Origin: a virus
Taxonomy: Duplodnaviria > Caudoviricetes
IMG/VR virus record: IMGVR_UViG_3300011337_000184
Coordinates: 1 to 58,074 of that record
Strand: one strand, 5' to 3'
Length of the DNA: 58,074 bases
Under the pieces are notes generated by a model. The model was not told where the DNA came from and did no database searches. It saw only the letters and a program-made list of their open reading frames with translations. Positions 19,556 through 29,227 of this stretch are shown piece by piece. Numbering within the stretch: the first letter of the stretch is position 1; each line of letters opens with the position of its first letter. The position numbers and the translations under genes are program-made.

Positions 19556-20656
19556 TTAATCGCGCTTCGGGCCAGGGAGGTTCTGCAGGGTCTTGATTGT
19601 TTTTTGCCGCATCTTCTTTACAAAGGCGTCAAGGATTTTGTGTCCGTGATCCATGTCACCCTTGCCAATCTCGACCACGTCTTCAGGTGGTATCACATAC
19701 TCACCGCCAGCCGCAACAATCGGGACGCCATCTGTCGCGCCGCCATCGGCATAATTCTCGCCAAACCTCTGAAACCCAGTCTGTCCAGCGTTGTTGCGTT
19801 GAAATCCCTTGGCGAGAGTTCCAAGTGCTGGATTAAACAAAGACAAAAATGCTGGCCCATATCTGTTTATTCCAGATGTCTGGTCATAACCGCTTGGATC
19901 AATTGTGGTTGGGCTGACACCAGAGGCTGATGCGCCCATGCCGCCACCGTTGAACATGTCACCGATACCCGTATATCCACGACCTGGCCCGCCACCGTTT
20001 ACCATGTCCCACATGCCAGTATAGCCGCCGCTTGAGTCGCTTTTGCCAGATGATGATGCACCCATGCCGCCGCCATCAAACATGTCACCGATACCCGTAT
20101 ATCCACGACCTGGCCCGCCCCCATTCACCATGTCCCAGAGGCCAGTGTAGCGGTCGGTTTGCCCAGATGGCGTTGCAACAGCGGCCCTTGAACGTTCAGT
20201 TGCGTTGTTGCTGCTGGGTGCAACAGCACGGGTTACTGTTGGTGCGTTGGCAGTAAACGTTGGTCTGTTGGTGCTGATTACATCGGGGCGCACAGCAGTG
20301 GCAACGTTAGAGCGCGCTGCCGCTTGACCGCTATCAGCCGCACCTCCGCCCGCCTTTTGGGGTGCGGAAGCACCGTATGGCAGACCAGATTCACCGTATG
20401 GCGTGCCAGAGGTGATATTGCGATTGCTGCGGCTGAAAATGTTTTTTGCAACCTTAAAACCAGCCATTGAGTTACCTTCTCCCATGGCGGAAATAATGTC
20501 TGCGGGGATGACGTAAGACCCAGACGCCACATGCATCGGCAGATGATCTGTTCGGCCCGCCACGGCGCTGTGGATTGGCCCCTTGTGAACTTTTGCCTTG
20601 CCACCGCGTGCGCGTGCCATATTTACTGCAGCCTGTATAACGTGTTCATTGGCCAT
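19556..20656 (-). CDS. Virion-associated protein with two xAxGG...G(S/E)YVIP domains and internal repeat
   Basis: GRTDHLPMHVASGSYVIPADII and DGVPIVAAGGEYVIPPEDV. Confidence 0.6.
   Translation of the reverse strand: MANEHVIQAAVNMARARGGKAKVHKGPIHSAVAGRTDHLPMHVASGSYVIPADIISAMGEGNSMAGFKVAKNIFSRSNRNITSGTPYGESGLPYGASAPQKAGGGAADSGQAAARSNVATAVRPDVISTNRPTFTANAPTVTRAVAPSSNNATERSRAAVATPSGQTDRYTGLWDMVNGGGPGRGYTGIGDMFDGGGMGASSSGKSDSSGGYTGMWDMVNGGGPGRGYTGIGDMFNGGGMGASASGVSPTTIDPSGYDQTSGINRYGPAFLSLFNPALGTLAKGFQRNNAGQTGFQRFGENYADGGATDGVPIVAAGGEYVIPPEDVVEIGKGDMDHGHKILDAFVKKMRQKTIKTLQNLPGPKRD
19925..20151 (-). repeat. Intragenic tandem duplication (~100 bp x2)
   Basis: YTG(L/M)WDMVNGGGPGRGYTGIGDMF(D/N)GGGMGAS twice; DNA nearly identical. 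Confidence 0.9.
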
Positions 20657-20657
20657 T

Positions 20658-21008
20658 TTACGCTCCCTCGGAGTATGAGACAACCACAGTCATGCCCGTA
20701 CCTGGGACAACGACAAGGCCATTATTGTACGGCATGTTTATGACGGTCACGCCGATGACGTTTGTAACCGCAGCAAGCCCACTGGTAAGGCTTGCAATGG
20801 CGTTGCTGTCATATATCACACATGGCGTGCTTCCCGCCACCACAATGCTGACAGACGCCAGTCGGCCCTGAGTGCTTGAGACAAGTGTCGTGGTGGTAAG
20901 GGTAGCTGATCTGACTGCGCCATTGACCTTCAGGTATGTCTGGCCAAGCTGGTTCACGGAGGTGACCACGTTTTTGGCTGCTGAGAGGATATCTGACAAG
21001 GATGACAT
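20658..21008 (-). CDS. Small structural protein
   Basis: TGATG coupling to nozzle gene; beta-rich. Confidence 0.6.
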   Translation of the reverse strand: MSSLSDILSAAKNVVTSVNQLGQTYLKVNGAVRSATLTTTTLVSSTQGRLASVSIVVAGSTPCVIYDSNAIASLTSGLAAVTNVIGVTVINMPYNNGLVVVPGTGMTVVVSYSEGA

Positions 21009-23560
21009 CAGTATTTTCCATCTGGCTGGAGGCGGTATCGGATGTTGCCCATCCGCCAAAATGAGTCAAGTTGATTGCCTGAAATTTCAATTGATATCAG
21101 GCGCGCGCGAATCCGTGGAGAAATGTATTCCGTTGATTGATTTACGCTAAACGGCCCGTAAACCCTTGGCGTCTGGCCTGGGTAATCTGCAGCGTAAAAT
21201 GTAATGTTGACGGTCGCGCTGTTGGCGCCACCATAATATCCCCACTTCATGTCTGGCCAAACCTGATCCATAAACGTCATCTGGTCGCCCTCACTTAGGG
21301 CAAAATACCCTGTGCGGACGGACGAGTTCATTTGCGATCCTCCAGCGTTTGTGGATGTTTCGTGCTGGTAAATAATATTTTCACCTGACGCGCCAATGGG
21401 TGGCCCAAAAACGCCCTGATCAATCCACGCGGTGCGTGTCAGAGTACCAAAATCCCACTGCTGGAGCAGGGTGTTGTATTTGACGTATTTTGTGGGCGTG
21501 CCATTGGACCCTGTGGTGGGATAATACCACGTCACTTCGCCAAAGCGGCTGTTTGGCGCGCAACGGACATTTTCCAAATAGTTTTCGTCGATGTCTTGGA
21601 AAATCACGTCCCAGATTGGGCAGGGAATTGGCTGAACACCTCCGCCAGCCAGCATGTAAAACTGGCTTTGGCTCATCCAATACACAATGCCAGCCATCGA
21701 ACCCATAGCCTTGCGCCCCACAAGACCGCAGCCCGCGCCGATCTCATTAAATGAATACACTAGAGGCAGGTTGATGTACTGCATTGACCACAGGTGCGTG
21801 TCAGTCCACAGAAGGCCCTGCTGCGGCCCCTGCATTGCGCCAACAATCCTCGATCCCTTTGGGATGCGGAATGACCCAGCCTGATTGGTGACCGTGGCGA
21901 CCCAGTTTGTGAAGTTTCCAATGTCTGTAAAACGCACCAGCAGTGGGTCTTGAATGCCGTTAAATGTTGACCCATACGCCACAAGCTGACGCTCTGGCAT
22001 GGCAACAAAGAAGCCCTCGTTGACGCTGGGGGAATTGGGAATCAGGGTTGCGTGATTTGATCCACCAAGCGGGTCGTAATAAAAAATATTACCCTTGGCG
22101 GGGCTTGCGACAAGAAATCCGCCCCAGTTATCCAGCGACCAGTCTGTTACCGTAAATGGCGCGACAGACGTTCCCGCCTGATTGTAGGTTCCATAAGGAA
22201 ACCCCCAAGTGCTTATAGTTGCCGTGCCAGTAGTTTCCGTGGCAAATGCTGACCCAATTGGAAATGAGAATGTGCTTGTGGCCCCAGATGTGGCGGCTGT
22301 TACTGTTTTAAGTCCGTTATAGTTTGTTGTGCCGCTGATTGTAAGCTGTGTCCCTGGCGCGACATAAAGGGCCTGATTGATAGTAACGGTTGCCACAAGA
22401 GACGCTGTTGATACTGATGCAATGGCAAGCTGTCTTCCGCCGCTTGATGTAACGCCAGTGCCAAAACCGCCACTTCCAAAAAAACCGTCACCAAATCCAC
22501 TTGGAGGTGGAACGTTTTGTTGGCCGACGAAATATACAATGCGGGCATTTCCGCCATTCATAAATACGGTGGCAGTTGATGTTGCAGAATTTGGTGACGC
22601 AATTACAAAAGTGTTTGCTGTCACCAGTGGAGTTCCAAGGACAATGTAGTTACCATACAGAGTAATACCACCGACCGTGGTTGGGATTAAAACTGCAAAG
22701 GTTGATCCCTCTGTGTATCCATGATTTGGAAGCGTCACCGTAACGTTAATTTGCCCGTTAGCTGTTGTGAAGGATGGGACAACGCCGCTTGTTGCCGTGG
22801 ACGCAACAAAACTTCCAGCCACGGTCAGCGCCCCAAGATTGGTTGGGGTTTCAAATGTGAACGTTCCAGCCGAAGATGTCAGAACTGTCCATGTGGCGTT
22901 GTATCCCAATGGAGTTACGCCTGTAAACGTGACCGTAGAACCGACAGCTACAACCAGATTAGATGGAGAGCAAGTTGCGGTGGCAGTGTATGGCCCGCCT
23001 CCTGTGACAGTTATTGCCGTGACGGAAAAAATGTTTGTTGCGGGCGTCAGAAGGCCAATAATGTTTCGTGCTGTTATCTGATAAACATCGTCACTCAGCG
23101 CAATTGTCGGGTAATATCCAGATAGGACAATGCCGCCAACGCTGATTGGGGTTAAGATGTCAATGCCATCATACGACGAAATGTTTGAATTGTTATCTGT
23201 TATGTCAACTGTGGCCGAACCTAAAGTTGTCTTTGCAGATACGGGAAGGTCGTACTTGTAAAGAGTGGGTGAGATAGAGGTTGAGTCTTGATTTGGTTCA
23301 GAAATATCAAGGCTGTCTTCCCCACCAATGGCAAGGTATGAGGTGCCATTTACGTCGGCCCACGAATGCAGGGCGCGGACAATTGATGTCTGAGCGTTGT
23401 TTACAAACTGCGTCCACCCGCCAAGCTTTTGCGGAAGTCCCAGCCCCTGCCGATCAGGGACAAACCTGATCAGGTTGCTCTCAGAAATAGCCGCCTCATT
23501 TAGGGCGGGCGTCCTGTTTTGATCAACCCCTGGGATCAGTTTAAGGCTGGCGTGCGGCAT
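21008..23560 (-). CDS. Tail nozzle / stabilization protein (tail tubular B-like)
   Basis: LKLIPGVD, PQKLGGW, WSLDNWG, GCGLVG, EVTWYYP, RTAW, PRIRAR, PDG; Thr-rich insertion. Confidence 0.75.
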   Translation of the reverse strand: MPHASLKLIPGVDQNRTPALNEAAISESNLIRFVPDRQGLGLPQKLGGWTQFVNNAQTSIVRALHSWADVNGTSYLAIGGEDSLDISEPNQDSTSISPTLYKYDLPVSAKTTLGSATVDITDNNSNISSYDGIDILTPISVGGIVLSGYYPTIALSDDVYQITARNIIGLLTPATNIFSVTAITVTGGGPYTATATCSPSNLVVAVGSTVTFTGVTPLGYNATWTVLTSSAGTFTFETPTNLGALTVAGSFVASTATSGVVPSFTTANGQINVTVTLPNHGYTEGSTFAVLIPTTVGGITLYGNYIVLGTPLVTANTFVIASPNSATSTATVFMNGGNARIVYFVGQQNVPPPSGFGDGFFGSGGFGTGVTSSGGRQLAIASVSTASLVATVTINQALYVAPGTQLTISGTTNYNGLKTVTAATSGATSTFSFPIGSAFATETTGTATISTWGFPYGTYNQAGTSVAPFTVTDWSLDNWGGFLVASPAKGNIFYYDPLGGSNHATLIPNSPSVNEGFFVAMPERQLVAYGSTFNGIQDPLLVRFTDIGNFTNWVATVTNQAGSFRIPKGSRIVGAMQGPQQGLLWTDTHLWSMQYINLPLVYSFNEIGAGCGLVGRKAMGSMAGIVYWMSQSQFYMLAGGGVQPIPCPIWDVIFQDIDENYLENVRCAPNSRFGEVTWYYPTTGSNGTPTKYVKYNTLLQQWDFGTLTRTAWIDQGVFGPPIGASGENIIYQHETSTNAGGSQMNSSVRTGYFALSEGDQMTFMDQVWPDMKWGYYGGANSATVNITFYAADYPGQTPRVYGPFSVNQSTEYISPRIRARLISIEISGNQLDSFWRMGNIRYRLQPDGKY

Positions 23561-23563
23561 GTA

Positions 23564-24304
23564 TTACCCTCGCGTCGGTGAGGAGACTGAGGCAGGTGCT
23601 TGCGAAGACCATGCGGCACCCTCAAACTTCTTGCGCGCTTCCTCAACTGTGGCAGATTTTAGGAGCGTCTGATACTGGCTCTCATAACTTTGCGCCATCT
23701 GCGGATCGTCCGACTGACGGCCAAAGTTACGTTGGTAGGCAGAGATATAGATCATCGACGCCATAATCAAAAGGTCTGGAAGGTACTGGCTGATAAATGT
23801 CGAGGTCACAGTTGCAGACAGCGGGGCGGGTCGGATTGTACCCACAACCTCAACAAAGTATTCAGCGTCTGGGACTGGCCCAACCAAAAATAGTGTGTCG
23901 TTAAACGGCACAAAGTATTTTGGCTGGCCTCGATTTGCCGACAATGAAGACCCAAAAACAGCGTCAATAAATTCTTTTGTGGCAGGCAGCAAAGGTACGC
24001 GTGTTGCTGTATCTGGGTTTGTCTGACCCGCTGGAGTGATTAGGTTGATTTGTTCACTGACCACAAAATATGACCCATCCGCAAGGTTTTGGCTAAATGA
24101 CAAGTTTCTATTTCCAGCCGTAAGCTTATAGGCTGTGCCATACAGGGAGGCGGATGTGTCCATGAGGTCAAGGTCACGGTTGATCCGCAGCGTCGCATAG
24201 TCGATCACGGATGGCAGAATGGCCAAAAAGTTGACATCGTTTTCCGCGACAACGGCCATCTCCGCAATCTGTGTCTTGTATGTGGCGTATGTCAGTCCAA
24301 CCAT
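23564..24304 (-). CDS. Head-tail adaptor (tail tubular A-like)
   Basis: RINRDL, GQPKYF, GPVPDAEY, PDLLIMAS; directly upstream of nozzle. Confidence 0.7.
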   Translation of the reverse strand: MVGLTYATYKTQIAEMAVVAENDVNFLAILPSVIDYATLRINRDLDLMDTSASLYGTAYKLTAGNRNLSFSQNLADGSYFVVSEQINLITPAGQTNPDTATRVPLLPATKEFIDAVFGSSLSANRGQPKYFVPFNDTLFLVGPVPDAEYFVEVVGTIRPAPLSATVTSTFISQYLPDLLIMASMIYISAYQRNFGRQSDDPQMAQSYESQYQTLLKSATVEEARKKFEGAAWSSQAPASVSSPTRG

Positions 24305-24348
24305 GGTGTCACCCTACGTTTTCAGGCACTATAGACTAAATCCGTGCG

Positions 24349-24618
24349 TTATCCAATAGACGTTGCGAGTTCACCGCCGCAGGCAAAATACCCAGCGCCG
24401 TCCACCCAGTTGTCGTCATGGCTTGGATTTAACTTGATCCTTGCCACCTTTACGAGCGCCATCATCACAGACACGTCAATCGCCGTGACGGGAATATCAA
24501 GATGGATGGACCAATACTTTGCAATTATACTAAAATTTTTTTCCATCTCGCCGTGGGTGGCTGTGCGGTCCTTGGTGACATACGTTTTTGCTGTGTCAAG
24601 AATTTGCGATCTGTTCAT
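24349..24618 (-). CDS. DUF6378-like phage protein
   Basis: ILDTA...DR..THG....F..IA..W...MMALVKVAR...HDDNWVDGAGY. Confidence 0.8.
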   Translation of the reverse strand: MNRSQILDTAKTYVTKDRTATHGEMEKNFSIIAKYWSIHLDIPVTAIDVSVMMALVKVARIKLNPSHDDNWVDGAGYFACGGELATSIG

Positions 24619-25706
24619 AGGGATACCTTTATGCGGCTGATTTCGCCGCGCTGCTTGTGGAATGTGATGGCCTGCATCTGAGCCTGCGACCCATAGGCGT
24701 TGGACGCGGAATAGAAATCTCTGGGGGTGACAGGCCGCAACTGCTCAACTTGGACACCACCTATATCCTGCATCTTGGCGTGATGCAAATGACCTGTAAA
24801 GTAAAAGCGAAACCGCGTCCTTCCCCACATGTCTGGCCACTCAAGCGCGAGGTGCATCACCAAACGCTCTGCTTTGGCCTTGTCTCCGTGGTGAGCCGCC
24901 AAAAGGCACAGCCCAAATTCCATAACAAAAAAGTCGCCAAAGTTTTTCTGGACCTCAATGCGCGGGTTTTCCCTGTATCTCTGCATCATGGCAAACATCA
25001 CGGCCAGATAAGCGTCTCGGTCGTGGTTTCCTTGGATCACCGACACCAATACCTTTTCATGTTTTGTGGCTGCAATCTCAATGGCTGCGGCCAAGGCGTC
25101 TATGGCGACCTCAATGGTCTGTTCAATCCGAGTGTCAACGTCCAATACGTGGCCGCTCTGCGTTGTATTTGTGTTGTCATTGTGGTGGAGAAAATCACCG
25201 CCCACAAGAATAACTCCAAACTTTGAAGACGGTGCCGCAGATACGCATTTAGCCACGCCGTCTACCAGCCTACTTGCGGCTATGGCGGTGGTGTAATCCT
25301 CTCCAGAGTTTTCCTTTCGCGCCCTCATGCCGATGTGCGCATCAAACAGGGGATACACGGTCAAAAGGTCATCGCTGTGAATATCAACTTGCGTAATTTC
25401 AGGTATTGGGCCAATGTCATTCATGGCATCCCTGACGCGCTCAATCATACTCTGTGTCAGGTCATCCTTGGGCATTTTAAAGTATAGGGATGCCTTTTCA
25501 GTCTTTAGCCAGCCAGAGTGCAGAATTTCAATATCTTGCATTCCTGCATCAGACATTGCGTCAAGCACGGCGCGGTCAATACTTTTTTCTGCGCGCTGTA
25601 TAAGTTCTCTTGCCGTACTGTCATCTACGCCTAAACGTCTGGCAACCTCTTTTTTGCTGCCGCACTCCAGATAGATGTCATACGCCTCTTTTTGGCGGGG
25701 CGTCAT
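24615..25706 (-). CDS. Calcineurin-like metallophosphoesterase with N-terminal HTH
   Basis: DAH, GDFLH, GNHD, HGD, GHLH motifs; KEVARRLGVDDSTARE. Confidence 0.8.
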   Translation of the reverse strand: MTPRQKEAYDIYLECGSKKEVARRLGVDDSTARELIQRAEKSIDRAVLDAMSDAGMQDIEILHSGWLKTEKASLYFKMPKDDLTQSMIERVRDAMNDIGPIPEITQVDIHSDDLLTVYPLFDAHIGMRARKENSGEDYTTAIAASRLVDGVAKCVSAAPSSKFGVILVGGDFLHHNDNTNTTQSGHVLDVDTRIEQTIEVAIDALAAAIEIAATKHEKVLVSVIQGNHDRDAYLAVMFAMMQRYRENPRIEVQKNFGDFFVMEFGLCLLAAHHGDKAKAERLVMHLALEWPDMWGRTRFRFYFTGHLHHAKMQDIGGVQVEQLRPVTPRDFYSASNAYGSQAQMQAITFHKQRGEISRIKVSL

Positions 25707-25900
25707 TTACATGCCGCGTCAATCATCATAATCAGACGCGCCCCCGTAATTACGGATGCGTCTCCGCCATCCTTTGCCAGTGCGGCGGCGTGACTTGTTC
25801 TGGCGGATGATGTCCCATCGCACAGCGCGCTATTGTTTACCGCGCTCCCGCAGCCAGTCACGAAGCACAGCAGGGTCATCACTAATATTGCTCTCAACAT
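25703..25900 (-). CDS. Putative outer-membrane spanin (Rz1-like lipoprotein)
   Basis: MLRAILVMTLLCFVTGC lipobox; overlaps 3' end of preceding gene in another frame. Confidence 0.65.
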   Translation of the reverse strand: MLRAILVMTLLCFVTGCGSAVNNSALCDGTSSARTSHAAALAKDGGDASVITGARLIMMIDAACK

Positions 25901-26051
25901 TGTCAATTTCCTTTCGGGTTTTGGCATATGTTTCTGCCGTCTTAAGGGCGGTCTTCTGACGTTGGTCACGCTTTCCCGCCATCCACGCCGCAAAGATGAT
26001 TGCGGCAGCGCCTGCGGCCCAGATAGCCGCCCGTTTAATCCACCCAAACAT
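25830..26051 (-). CDS. Putative inner-membrane spanin (Rz-like)
   Basis: N-terminal TM helix then helical domain; follows endolysin. Confidence 0.65.
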   Translation of the reverse strand: MFGWIKRAAIWAAGAAAIIFAAWMAGKRDQRQKTALKTAETYAKTRKEIDNVESNISDDPAVLRDWLRERGKQ

Positions 26052-26743
26052 CAGCGGTCACCATCCGCCCACTTGCGCAGGCGCTCACGCATAATCCACA
26101 AGGCGGCAAGCGCCACAATGCCACAGAACACCAATGCCACGATCTGGGCCGTCCCACTGAGCGCAGACACGGCAGACACACCACCAGCGCCAGCAGACGC
26201 AATTTGAATAAAGCCAGCCTGCATGGTGGTCGATTCCATTGGGGTATCGCGGGGTGCGTCGGGCGTGGCGGTAGTTTCGTCGTCTTGAGGCGCAAATCCC
26301 ACGGGGGTTAGGAACAGCGCACGTTCAGCGGCGCGGCGGCGCGTCAGTCCAGCCAAGACCTTGCCGCCAGCCTTGTTCCACATCAGGATCGCGTCAGCGG
26401 CCTTTGCCTTGTCGCCAGCGTTGAAGTGGCGCAGTGCCGATGACTTTTTGAATGCGCCACTGCCGATGTTGTAGGCCAGAGACACAAACGCGCCAAACTC
26501 ATTTTCATTGATGGGCTGGGTAATGTTGGGCTTGATTGCCGCTGCAAACTTTTCAATTGCCAGCTTAAGGTATTTCTCAGCCCCACCCTGCGTTATGGTC
26601 GTGCCTTCCTTTGGGTCGATACCAACTTGGGCGGCTGCCGTTGTCCCGTAGCCAATGGTCCAGACACCCGCTGGGCATTTGTATGCCGTCAGCTTGCAGC
26701 CCTCAAACTGCTTAATAATCTCCAGAGATGCTTGGTTGATCAT
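26051..26743 (-). CDS. GH24 lysozyme endolysin with C-terminal membrane segments
   Basis: IKQFEGC.LTAYKCPAGVWTIGYG, FVSLAYNIG, GLTRRRAAE; hydrophobic C-terminus. Confidence 0.9.
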   Translation of the reverse strand: MINQASLEIIKQFEGCKLTAYKCPAGVWTIGYGTTAAAQVGIDPKEGTTITQGGAEKYLKLAIEKFAAAIKPNITQPINENEFGAFVSLAYNIGSGAFKKSSALRHFNAGDKAKAADAILMWNKAGGKVLAGLTRRRAAERALFLTPVGFAPQDDETTATPDAPRDTPMESTTMQAGFIQIASAGAGGVSAVSALSGTAQIVALVFCGIVALAALWIMRERLRKWADGDR

Positions 26744-26964
26744 TTGCGTAATGCCCTCTCAATGTCATCTAATTTCAGGAATACAGCCTTGAAGCTGTCT
26801 TGTATCTGCTTGAACTCGCGGTCGTGCGCCTCTTTATTGGCCGTTGCTGTGGCCTTTAACACAGCAATGTCTGTGGAATGTGACTGTTGCCGATTGTACA
26901 TGGCAAACATGATAGCAATTACAGGTGCAACCGCCCATTTCATTAGAAACTCAAGAACGTCCAT
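26740..26964 (-). CDS. Putative holin
   Basis: One N-terminal TM plus coiled coil, directly upstream of endolysin. Confidence 0.45.
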   Translation of the reverse strand: MDVLEFLMKWAVAPVIAIMFAMYNRQQSHSTDIAVLKATATANKEAHDREFKQIQDSFKAVFLKLDDIERALRK

Positions 26965-29126
26965 TATGCTGAAACCCCCTTGATGATGGTGAAGTTGACG
27001 ATTGGCGTGTCAGACGCAGTTCCAGCAACGGACGCCATTGTAATTTGAAACGAAGTGGCCGCAGTGATCGCGGTGACAGAGGCCACATAAGTGTTAGTTG
27101 CCCCACGAACGGACAGCACAACCGTATCGGTAACCGCGATGCCAGTGTTTGGCACTGTGAACGAGAAGTAAGTCCCCACAACTGGTGCGGCTGTAAACAG
27201 GGTGACAGCGCCGCTCTTGCTGGCCCCAGTGGTTGGCGTTGAGTTCGTACGGCTTGTCAACTGCGTGACGGCCACGCCCGCACCCGTGGAGTAGCCCACG
27301 CCGCCCGTGCCAGAAGACAGGACGCTGGTTGATGCGGTGACGGTGGTGAATGCACCTGTGGATGGCGTGGTGGCACCAACCGTACCGTTTAGTGCGCCTG
27401 CGGTGATTGTTGGCCCAGTGCCAAGGACAACAGCGCCAGTTCCTGTTAGGGATTGAAAATCGGTGAAGCCAGACTCCCAGTCTGCGGCGGTGGTCAGGGT
27501 GGTGCCAATACAGGTCACCATTGCAGTCACACCCGCAATGATGGATATTACTATGTTGCCGCCAGAAGAGTTGACGGTGAGGGTTCCCGTTGAGTTGTTG
27601 GCAATGTGGAAAGACCAGCCAGTTCCCAGAGTTGAGGTGACAGGCAACGTGATCGTTTGGTTAAGCGTCCCAGTGAACACCTGAAATTGGCTGCTTGCGT
27701 TGGTCAGGACGGTCGTGCCAGTGGCAGTGGCTGTTGTTGTAAAGCCCATCAAAACAGCCGCTGCGGCAGGCGCTGTGGTCACACCCAGTCCGCCACCAGA
27801 GAGGGGCAGTGTACCCCACGCAGGAGCGGCGGAAGGGCCGCCAGACACAATGGTTTGGCCCGATGTGCCGTAGTTTGCGCCGCCAAGTCCAATCTGTCCA
27901 GCAGAACCAATACGCATACGCTCGTTGGCATCAACACCAACACCTGCCGCAGAACGAGTGCCAAAAGTCAGTGCAGTGTCAGGACTAGCATCCTCCGAAA
28001 TAGCAGAAATATATGCACCGACACCAGCAGTGGGAGGTATGCTAATATCGGATACAAAGAACTCTATGGTTCCAGATGGTTGGTTAGCTAAAACGGTGGT
28101 GTCCGTGTCAGTAATTCTGACTGTAGCCGCTGCACCAGAACTAGTGTACATATTCTGCCCAACGTAAGGTACGGTCTGGGAGACGCTAACAGTGTAGGTT
28201 CCAATGCCCCCAGTTGTCCCAGAGTCCTGAGAAACAATTCTAGTAATTGGAGCAACCCCAACGCCGTAAAGACGGTCACCAACTGCAATGGTGTTAGCGT
28301 TAACCGACACAACGGTCAGCGTAATGCCAGTTATGGAGGCTTCAGTTATTGTGGCTATGGAAGTCGTGTTGCCAGATACATGGAGTTGTACTGCTGGAGT
28401 AGTTGTACCAATACCTACACAGTTATTAGTTGCGTTAACAAATAGTGTGTTTGTATCAACAGTAAGGTTACCAGAGAAAGTACCTGTAGTTCCTGCAATA
28501 GTAGATGCTGTAGTTGCACCAATTGGTGTCCCATTAATCGCTCCGCCCGTGATTGCCACGGCGTTTGCGTCTTGCGTAGACATCGTGCCAAGGCCAAGGT
28601 TGGTTCTGGCCCCAGCGGCATCAGACGCGCCTGTTCCGCCATCGGCAACCGCAAGATCGGTAATACCCGTGATTGACCCGCCTGTAATCGCCACGGCATT
28701 GGCGTTCTGGGTTGACATCGTACCAAGACCAAGGTTGGTTCTGGCGTTTGCTGCGTTAGACGCGCCCGTTCCGCCGTCTGCCACAGCAAGATCAGTAATA
28801 CCCGTGATGGAGCCGCCTGTAATCGCCACGGCATTGGCGTTTTGCGTGGAGATAGTGCCAAGGCCCGTGATGTCGGTGTTTGGGATTGTGGCTGATGCTG
28901 TAAATGGGGTGGTGCCGCTTCCCTTGACGTAACCAGTCAAAGTGGTGACCCCCGTACCGCCTTGGGAAACCAAAATTGGAATCGTGTAGGATGTGTTGAA
29001 CCTTATAGCTTCAGCAATTTGGTTTAGGCTGATTTTGACCGAAGTGCCAGCCTGCACCCCTTCAAAGAGTTCAGCGCCAGCCAGAGACGTTACGGCGGGG
29101 AGGTTTGGTATCTGTACGTTAGACAT
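26964..29126 (-). CDS. Tail fibre protein
   Basis: Thr/Gly-rich; GGTGAS..A.ARTNLGLG repeats; VGIGTTTP and ERMRI fibre motifs. Confidence 0.8.
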   Translation of the reverse strand: MSNVQIPNLPAVTSLAGAELFEGVQAGTSVKISLNQIAEAIRFNTSYTIPILVSQGGTGVTTLTGYVKGSGTTPFTASATIPNTDITGLGTISTQNANAVAITGGSITGITDLAVADGGTGASNAANARTNLGLGTMSTQNANAVAITGGSITGITDLAVADGGTGASDAAGARTNLGLGTMSTQDANAVAITGGAINGTPIGATTASTIAGTTGTFSGNLTVDTNTLFVNATNNCVGIGTTTPAVQLHVSGNTTSIATITEASITGITLTVVSVNANTIAVGDRLYGVGVAPITRIVSQDSGTTGGIGTYTVSVSQTVPYVGQNMYTSSGAAATVRITDTDTTVLANQPSGTIEFFVSDISIPPTAGVGAYISAISEDASPDTALTFGTRSAAGVGVDANERMRIGSAGQIGLGGANYGTSGQTIVSGGPSAAPAWGTLPLSGGGLGVTTAPAAAAVLMGFTTTATATGTTVLTNASSQFQVFTGTLNQTITLPVTSTLGTGWSFHIANNSTGTLTVNSSGGNIVISIIAGVTAMVTCIGTTLTTAADWESGFTDFQSLTGTGAVVLGTGPTITAGALNGTVGATTPSTGAFTTVTASTSVLSSGTGGVGYSTGAGVAVTQLTSRTNSTPTTGASKSGAVTLFTAAPVVGTYFSFTVPNTGIAVTDTVVLSVRGATNTYVASVTAITAATSFQITMASVAGTASDTPIVNFTIIKGVSA
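28535..28870 (-). repeat. 135-bp (45-aa) tandem repeat, ~2.5 copies
   Basis: Equivalent positions 28549, 28684, 28819; GLGT(I/M)STQ(N/D)ANAVAITGG. Confidence 0.9.
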
Positions 29127-29227
29127 CAGATCGGTCCTGTCTCTGGTAGCGTTGCGTCATCATACACCAAGATATTACCGTTGTCACATGGTGCATTTGG
29201 ATGAGTTCCATTACTTGCTCCTTGCAT
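29126..29227 (-). pseudogene. 33-codon relic/mini-ORF duplicating the C-terminus of the 31005..31571 gene
   Basis: MQGASNGTHPNAPCDNGNILVYDDATLPETGPI*; 26/29 nt identity between 29181-29209 and 31126-31154. Confidence 0.7.

Noticed and set aside
28535-28870. Tail-fibre repeats as diversity-generating retroelement TR/VR
   Set aside because: In-frame tandem repeats with mostly synonymous differences, no adenine-specific pattern, and no reverse transcriptase found
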